Below, in pieces: positions 58,570 to 64,000 of a stretch of 64,000 nt of DNA (position 1 is the stretch's first letter; every line of letters starts with the position of its first letter). Source of the DNA: Caecitellus pseudoparvulus (taxonomy: Eukaryota; Protista; Bigyra: Bicosoecida); NCBI GenBank assembly GCA_965644315.1, contig CBFFRQ010000068.1:744001-808000 (forward strand), in the 5' to 3' direction. Below the pieces are notes generated by a model. The model saw nothing but the letters and a program-made list of their open reading frames with translations, did not search any database and was not told the DNA's origin. Both the position numbers and the translations under genes were made by a program.

Positions 58570-58959
58570 GGCAGCCTTCACGGCGGCCGATGTGCAGGAT
58601 CGATTTCCGCAGGGGGCGTTCTGTAGCAAGGTCAACGAAAGCGGACTCGGTGAAGCAGCTACGCAGGCGATCAAGTGGCAACAATTCATGTTCGGGCTGG
58701 CATGCACCATCCGTCAGTTGGGCTTCGCATTATTGCTCTGCTGCATTGCTGAGGCCACTCCAAACAGCGGTCGGGGGGAGCGGCTGCTGGCCGGATCAAA
58801 CGCCCCTCGACTGCAGCTGGCCAATCCCACCTTCAAACAAAAACGAAACATCTCACTGCAATCTTCAATTTGTGCCATTCCCTGCTTCCTTTCAAGGTCC
58901 TCAAAGCTTCCAACCTCTGCCCCGGCGCAGAGACAGAGCGCTTGAAAAACCGACTCAAC

Positions 58960-59840
58960 ATGGCACGCACTGCCCTGGCCATCCTGGGCGCCGCAGCGCT
59001 GGCTGCGACAGCCCACGCCGCTGGTAGCGTGCGGGGAGCTCAGAAGGGTGCGCCTGATGTGGTCGCCTACAGCGGAGGCTGCACAGGGAAGTCCTGGCAG
59101 TTCCTGATGATGGTGGAGGTTGGTGCACTGCACTTGCGCACCGCAACACGCCAGGGCTGCATCTCTGCCCGATTCCCTGCCCTTGCAGCAATGGTCCCCC
59201 ACAGTGTGCAGTGACAACTACCACTGTGACAATGCTCAGGACCAGTACTTTACACTGCACGGTGCGTGCTGCCTGCGCCAACACTGCGAAGATCCCGCGC
59301 GCTCACGCCTGGCCACTTCCTCGCCCCTTCCCAGGCCTGTGGCCCAACAACTACGACGGCAGCTACCCCTGCACCTGCACGAACGACCAGTTCAACCTGA
59401 CCACTGTGAAGCCTCTGGTGCCTCAGCTGCTGAAGTACTGGCCCAGCTACAAGTGCAACGACAACGACGACAATGGCTACTGCGACTCCAGCTTCTGGGC
59501 ACACGAGTACGAGAAGCACGGCACGTGCGCGCTGGGTGCCCCTGGCATCTCGGACCAGTACCAGTACTTCGAGACCACCCTGTCCCTGCGCAACAAGTAC
59601 GCCATCCTGCCAGCACTTGCCAACAAGGGCATCTACCCCTCCGACGACGACGGGCACTACTTGGACGACATCAAGAACGCTGTCAAGGCGTACAACGGTG
59701 GCTCCCCCAGCGTCTGGTGCGACAACGACAACAACATTTCCTCCTTCATCACCTGCTACGACTCGCAGCTGCAGCCCACGGACTGCCCCAGCAACGACAA
59801 GTGCTCAGGTGACAAGGTGTACATGCCCACCCACGCGTAA
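58960..59840 (+). CDS. Secreted ribonuclease T2
   Basis: Signal peptide; CAS I FTLHG|LWP split by an intron; CAS II FWAHEYEKHGTC; 2 introns. Confidence 0.95.
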
Positions 59841-60044
59841 ATGTGTTGTGCTTTGGCCTGGCCCAAGCCAGGTATTCGAAGCGGCTGGAAAGCAATCCAC
59901 ATCCCGCCCAACTACACAATCCAATTCCCCACCTAGCGCTGCACTCCACTTCCTTTCAGTTAAGGTGCACGCGAGACATGCCCTCTGCCTCTAGGGCGCC
60001 TGCTAGTCGCTGCATGAGTTCCGGAATGCCCCAGGGCTGAGAAT

Positions 60045-60055
60045 CGATTTCCGCA
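60045..60055 (+). promoter_or_regulatory. CRAHTTCCGCA upstream motif (CGATTTCCGCA)
   Basis: Ends 3 nt before ATG 60058. Confidence 0.55.
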
Positions 60056-60057
60056 CC

Positions 60058-61713
60058 ATGCCCATGCACCTGAACTTCACCAAGGATGTGCGCACTGAGG
60101 GCGCGGCAGAGGCAAAACTCAGTGGCCATCGAAAGGGCACCTTCATCACGTGGCAGAGCACTGGCGTAGACATTCATTTGAGCTACGTCTCGCCCTCGGA
60201 CGAAAAGGCTGTGCACCTGCGCATGGCTTGGGATGTCACAGAGCAAGGCGACATCCGCATCGGCCTTGCCACTGACCGCAAGAAGGGCATGTATGGGTCA
60301 TTGGAAGAACTTGTGGCGGGTCGCATGTACTTGAACCCAGAGCTCATCGTGCCCGGCACGCAGGCCAAGGTGGAGGCGCTCATGCCCCTCGATGAAGCGG
60401 AGGGGCAGGCGCTGGCCGCAGAGGATGGAGCGGGCATGCGCCGCCGCATCAAGCCTCGGCCAGAGCCAGACGTGTCCCACGTCGTGCGCTCCGGCATCAA
60501 CCCAGCCACGGGCAAGTTCGAGGTGGTAGACCCCTCCAAGTCCCTCTCCGTGCAGCTGCGCAAGCTTGTCACCCCACGCTTCGTCGTGCTGGTGGCCCTG
60601 GCCGGCACAGCTCTGGCCCTGGCGGGGTGGCTGCTGTCTACTCTGGCCCAGCATGCCAATTTGACAGAGCTGGAGGTGTCTGGTCTCGTGTCCTCCGCGC
60701 ATGCCGTGGCAGGCCAGCGGGTGGAGGCGCTGCGTGCAGGTTTGCACGAGGCGCTGGCCAACGTCCACCACACACCCTCAGCATGTGCCGACACACTTTC
60801 AGCTTGGTCTGTGGAGACTGCACACGCTGTGCAGCCGTTGCAGGCCGAGTTCATGCAGGGCGACGCGCGACACAAGCTGACGGCGTTGCTCGGCGCTTTC
60901 CTCCTCTCGTGGATTTGTGTCATCGCAACCGTGCTTGTCGGAAGCGGCCGCGCAACACCGGAAGACATCGCTGAGCGAGAGGAAGCAGCGGGTCGACCTG
61001 CTGACGTCTCCAGCGTACGTCGCCTGCAAGGCAAGGAACCGTGGGCTGTGCGCATGACAGGGCATGTGTTCTGGGTGGCACTGCTGCTGTCATACGCGGT
61101 GCTGCTGCTGGCCGTGTGGGTTGGGCAGGGGGAGCTGTGGAACATCGGCGCCGTGCAATCTGCCTTTGACGACCGCTTCTACAGATGGCACTCCCATCGC
61201 GGCTGGTGGTCGGCCACCAACGCTGGGAAGTCCCACCCTGGCCCTGACGCAGAGTTCACCCCCACTGTGCTGGCTCACATGCTGGAAGTGCCAGAGGCCA
61301 GCATCGACCAAGCCTGTGTGCAGGCCGTGGATAGGGCCACGGAGGAGTACACAGACGACGTCCCACACATCCTCCTCCTGCCGCTGCCCGCCGGCATCGA
61401 CTCCCTCATGACAGCAGCAGTGCCAGCAACGTTTGGTCTGATTTCAGAGTGGGTACTGGCTCCTGGCGTGCCTGCCCACACTGCGACAGGGCATGGGGAC
61501 GGCGACCTCGATGGCGCGCCTGCCCACGCAGCCATAGACCAGACCCGTTTTGTCCTCCCCAACCTCACATACGCCGCGCGCTCCTTCGTGTGCTTCATCC
61601 CAGCCCTCTTCCTGACAGTCGTTCTCGCCTCTTACATCCGTCAGGGCGTTTTGGACGTGCTTGCTGGGAGGTGCAAGCGCAGTGCCCCAACCACCGCCGT
61701 GAAGCAAGACTGA
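60058..61713 (+). CDS. Four-TM membrane protein with N-terminal SH2-like domain
   Basis: AAEAKLSGHRKGTFITWQST..IHLSYV..AVHLRM..YGSLEELV resembles the SH2 consensus. Four hydrophobic helices follow. Confidence 0.6.
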   Translation: MPMHLNFTKDVRTEGAAEAKLSGHRKGTFITWQSTGVDIHLSYVSPSDEKAVHLRMAWDVTEQGDIRIGLATDRKKGMYGSLEELVAGRMYLNPELIVPGTQAKVEALMPLDEAEGQALAAEDGAGMRRRIKPRPEPDVSHVVRSGINPATGKFEVVDPSKSLSVQLRKLVTPRFVVLVALAGTALALAGWLLSTLAQHANLTELEVSGLVSSAHAVAGQRVEALRAGLHEALANVHHTPSACADTLSAWSVETAHAVQPLQAEFMQGDARHKLTALLGAFLLSWICVIATVLVGSGRATPEDIAEREEAAGRPADVSSVRRLQGKEPWAVRMTGHVFWVALLLSYAVLLLAVWVGQGELWNIGAVQSAFDDRFYRWHSHRGWWSATNAGKSHPGPDAEFTPTVLAHMLEVPEASIDQACVQAVDRATEEYTDDVPHILLLPLPAGIDSLMTAAVPATFGLISEWVLAPGVPAHTATGHGDGDLDGAPAHAAIDQTRFVLPNLTYAARSFVCFIPALFLTVVLASYIRQGVLDVLAGRCKRSAPTTAVKQD

Positions 61714-61794
61714 CCCGCACCCGGGGCACATAGCGAAACACTGCATTGAAATGCACAACCCACTCGACCCACCACGCACGGAACTCACGCCAGC

Positions 61795-64000
61795 CTATTC
61801 TTGAGCGGCAGTCTCCTCCACCGGAGGTTCGGGCTCTCCAGCTACATCTTCAAGTCCACCCAGCGCGAGCTTGCTCTTGATGCCGGCCACAGAAATGGCT
61901 TTTTGGCACCGGGAGAAGGACTGCACCATACTCAGGACATTACGCACCTCGACTGCTTCATCAGGGGAAGACAGTTCAATGTGCAGCAGAGTGATAGGTG
62001 CCTTTCCGGCCTCGCCGCCTTCATCTGCAGCCCCTGCCTCCTGCTGCACCGTGCCATCGGCACCCCGGTTGTAAGCCGCTGATGCCGGTCCGTCAATGCA
62101 CAACGAGCGCTCCGCCTTGGCTGAGCGCCTGAAAATTTGCCGCTTGATGCCGTGGGTTGGAGCGCCCACACGAATGGCAGTGGCATCGCGAAGAGCCACA
62201 GCCCACAGCAGGTCACACTGCTGCCTGGACGAGAAGTACAAGACCTGGATCAAGTTCAGGGACGAGTCCAGCTTCACACGCATGGTGCGCACCTTCACCT
62301 TGCCGGACCTGTGCATGAAGGGGCAGAACCAGATGTCCAGCTCTGCCCCGCTTGTCAGGGCCGCCAACGTGCCCTTTGGAAAGTCGTCGAAGGGCACGAT
62401 GCCTGCCACCATGCGTGCCTGCCACTCTGGGACCTCCTCGGCGGACTCCTCGGCTGCCTCTGCCTCCCCGTCCGCTTCCTCGCTGCCCTCCTCTGTCAAG
62501 TCCTCCAGCACGGCAGCCAACTGCAGGCGCCGGGCGCCGCCACTGGACCGCTTGTTGCGCGCCAGCTTCCTGAAGCGCGCTTCGCCGGTGTAAAGACTCT
62601 CCAGCACCGCACCACATGCTGCATACGGCGCGTCTTCCCCCAGAATCGCGTACCGCAAAGCCAGGGCCTCCACCACCCAGTTCACGCCCGCCTCCATGAG
62701 AAGAGAGGCGCCCTGAAAGCTGGCTCCACTCAGCGCCCCCGTGAGCTCCACAGCCTTTGAAGACACCTTGTCAGTCAACATGCGGTCCTGGTCCCAGCAG
62801 AACTGCCCCAAGATTTCCGGTACACCCTGCACTTTGACAAGGGCCACACACGCTGGCTGAGTACCTGCCACACGCGCCATGACGCGCAGCACTGCGTACT
62901 GCAGAGCGTGCTGCTTCGCCTCGTCAAACGTGCGATACAGCTCCACGCACGCTTCGCCGACCTCCGTGGCCACTGCCTGGGAGAAGTCGGGGTCCTCTGC
63001 CCAGACAGACAGCAGGCCCAGGGCTTGCTGGCACAGCTGCATGGGGTCCACTTTGCGCAGGTCTCTGTTTTGGGCCACTGCACCGTCGGGTGGGCCAGCC
63101 AAGGGCATCTCCATCGTCTCTACGCCTGGAGCCCCACCCGCAGCTCGACTTCCGTCCTCCTCCTCATCCTCCTCATCCTCCTCATCATCCAGGGCGCCAC
63201 GACGGTCAGCGGCGTCGAACGCCTCCAGGCGCTCAGGGTGCACAATTGCCACGGCAGATCGACGAGCAACCCACAGCAAACTTGTGGCAGTCTTAAGCTG
63301 CACTGCAGCAGTGCAGATGGTGGCAAGGTGTTCGTCTTTGGAGGCCAGGTTGGCGATCTTAATGAGTTGGGACACGACGTAGTCCTCGCGTCGGTGAGTG
63401 TCCAGCACGCTGAGGAGCACCGTCTGCACCCCCGCTTCCATGCAAGCCTTGCGTGTCACTGCCGCGATGCGCTCCTGCTCTTCAAGGTCCGACACCATGG
63501 GCTTCAGCATCTGGGCCAAGAGGAACCCCCCTCGAAGACACAGCTCCGCGTCGTGGTCGCAAGACCGCATCACAAACACCACATCTGCCGCCAGGGATGT
63601 TCGCTGGGTCAGGCGCAGCAGCACTGAGGGGGTCTCAGTCAAGTACTGAATGGCGCGCAAGCACGCTGACACGATGGAGCTGTCGGCATAGTTCGCCTTC
63701 ATGGTTTCCGCAAGGACCTGCGGCACGCCGTCGTCGTACAGCCACTCGGCGACGACCACGGCCAAGTCCATGGCCATGAGCTCCTCTTGCGTCATGGGCT
63801 CTGAGGTGCTGCCTGCTGCCTCAGCTCGTAGCCGAAGCCCAGCCTCCAGCGCCCGCACAGCCTGCGCCTTGTCCAGGTGCTGGTCATCGATGGAGGCGAG
63901 GTTGCCCACGACGTCTGCAGCCACCTGCAGGGCGTCAGGGTGCTCTGCACACTGTTCCATGCCGGACTGCACGCCCTGGCCCACACCGTGTGCCATGACG
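61795..64000 (-). CDS. 3' part of an armadillo-repeat protein with C-terminal PH-like domain (runs off window)
   Basis: Open frame to the window edge. ARM-like helices (GVQSGMEQC..LQVAADVVGNLA) are followed by LTSGAEL..MRVKLDSSL..AIRVG..FRRSAKAERSLCI..LHIELSSPDEA. Confidence 0.75.
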   Translation of the reverse strand, partial: VMAHGVGQGVQSGMEQCAEHPDALQVAADVVGNLASIDDQHLDKAQAVRALEAGLRLRAEAAGSTSEPMTQEELMAMDLAVVVAEWLYDDGVPQVLAETMKANYADSSIVSACLRAIQYLTETPSVLLRLTQRTSLAADVVFVMRSCDHDAELCLRGGFLLAQMLKPMVSDLEEQERIAAVTRKACMEAGVQTVLLSVLDTHRREDYVVSQLIKIANLASKDEHLATICTAAVQLKTATSLLWVARRSAVAIVHPERLEAFDAADRRGALDDEEDEEDEEEDGSRAAGGAPGVETMEMPLAGPPDGAVAQNRDLRKVDPMQLCQQALGLLSVWAEDPDFSQAVATEVGEACVELYRTFDEAKQHALQYAVLRVMARVAGTQPACVALVKVQGVPEILGQFCWDQDRMLTDKVSSKAVELTGALSGASFQGASLLMEAGVNWVVEALALRYAILGEDAPYAACGAVLESLYTGEARFRKLARNKRSSGGARRLQLAAVLEDLTEEGSEEADGEAEAAEESAEEVPEWQARMVAGIVPFDDFPKGTLAALTSGAELDIWFCPFMHRSGKVKVRTMRVKLDSSLNLIQVLYFSSRQQCDLLWAVALRDATAIRVGAPTHGIKRQIFRRSAKAERSLCIDGPASAAYNRGADGTVQQEAGAADEGGEAGKAPITLLHIELSSPDEAVEVRNVLSMVQSFSRCQKAISVAGIKSKLALGGLEDVAGEPEPPVEETAAQE

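Noticed and set aside
790-63986. Hundreds of long antisense or alternate-frame ORFs (e.g. 2524-4482 +, 20786-22033 -, 48629-49834 +)
   Set aside because: Shadow ORFs expected from high GC and strong codon bias. They overlap well-supported genes and show no motifs.
1-64000. Alternative genetic code, polyadenylation-created stops, non-canonical introns or introner repeats
   Set aside because: Reconstructed genes end in genomic TAA, TAG or TGA, the introns I traced are GT-AG, and they share no evident sequence similarity.

Overview
Gene-dense, GC-rich eukaryotic nuclear DNA, with no prokaryotic operons, CRISPR, rRNA/tRNA or recognisable transposon. I reconstructed about 30 protein-coding genes by hand. 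They have short GT-AG introns (mostly about 65-130 nt; donors GTGAGT/GTGCGT/GTGCGC, C-rich YAG acceptors) concentrated near gene 5' ends. Spacers are very short and some convergent CDSs overlap. A mitochondrion-targeted enolase with the EWGWC insertion suggests a stramenopile protist (inference). Recognisable genes: USP34/24/9-like deubiquitinase, TK1, ALG6, type II PanK, AP-4 sigma, METTL21-type methyltransferase, F-box/LRR, Ski2/HELQ-like helicase, DUF819, carboxylesterase, PTEN, C2HC zinc-finger protein, NOP58, TRAPPC8, enolase, P4-ATPase, DENND6, REXO-type exonuclease and RNase T2. Most notable observations: (1) an ABM-like gene whose frame runs through an in-frame TGA at codon 29 (Sec, readthrough or nonsense candidate); (2) an 11-nt motif CRAHTTCCGCA just upstream of 7 start codons; (3) a recurrent AATGCA(TT) at gene 3' ends; (4) a 4-TM protein with an Arg-less SH2-like domain; (5) a spliced TM + four-CX9C gene missed by the ORF track; (6) an ARM+PH (GAC-like) gene. 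All family calls come from motif recognition by eye, not database searches.
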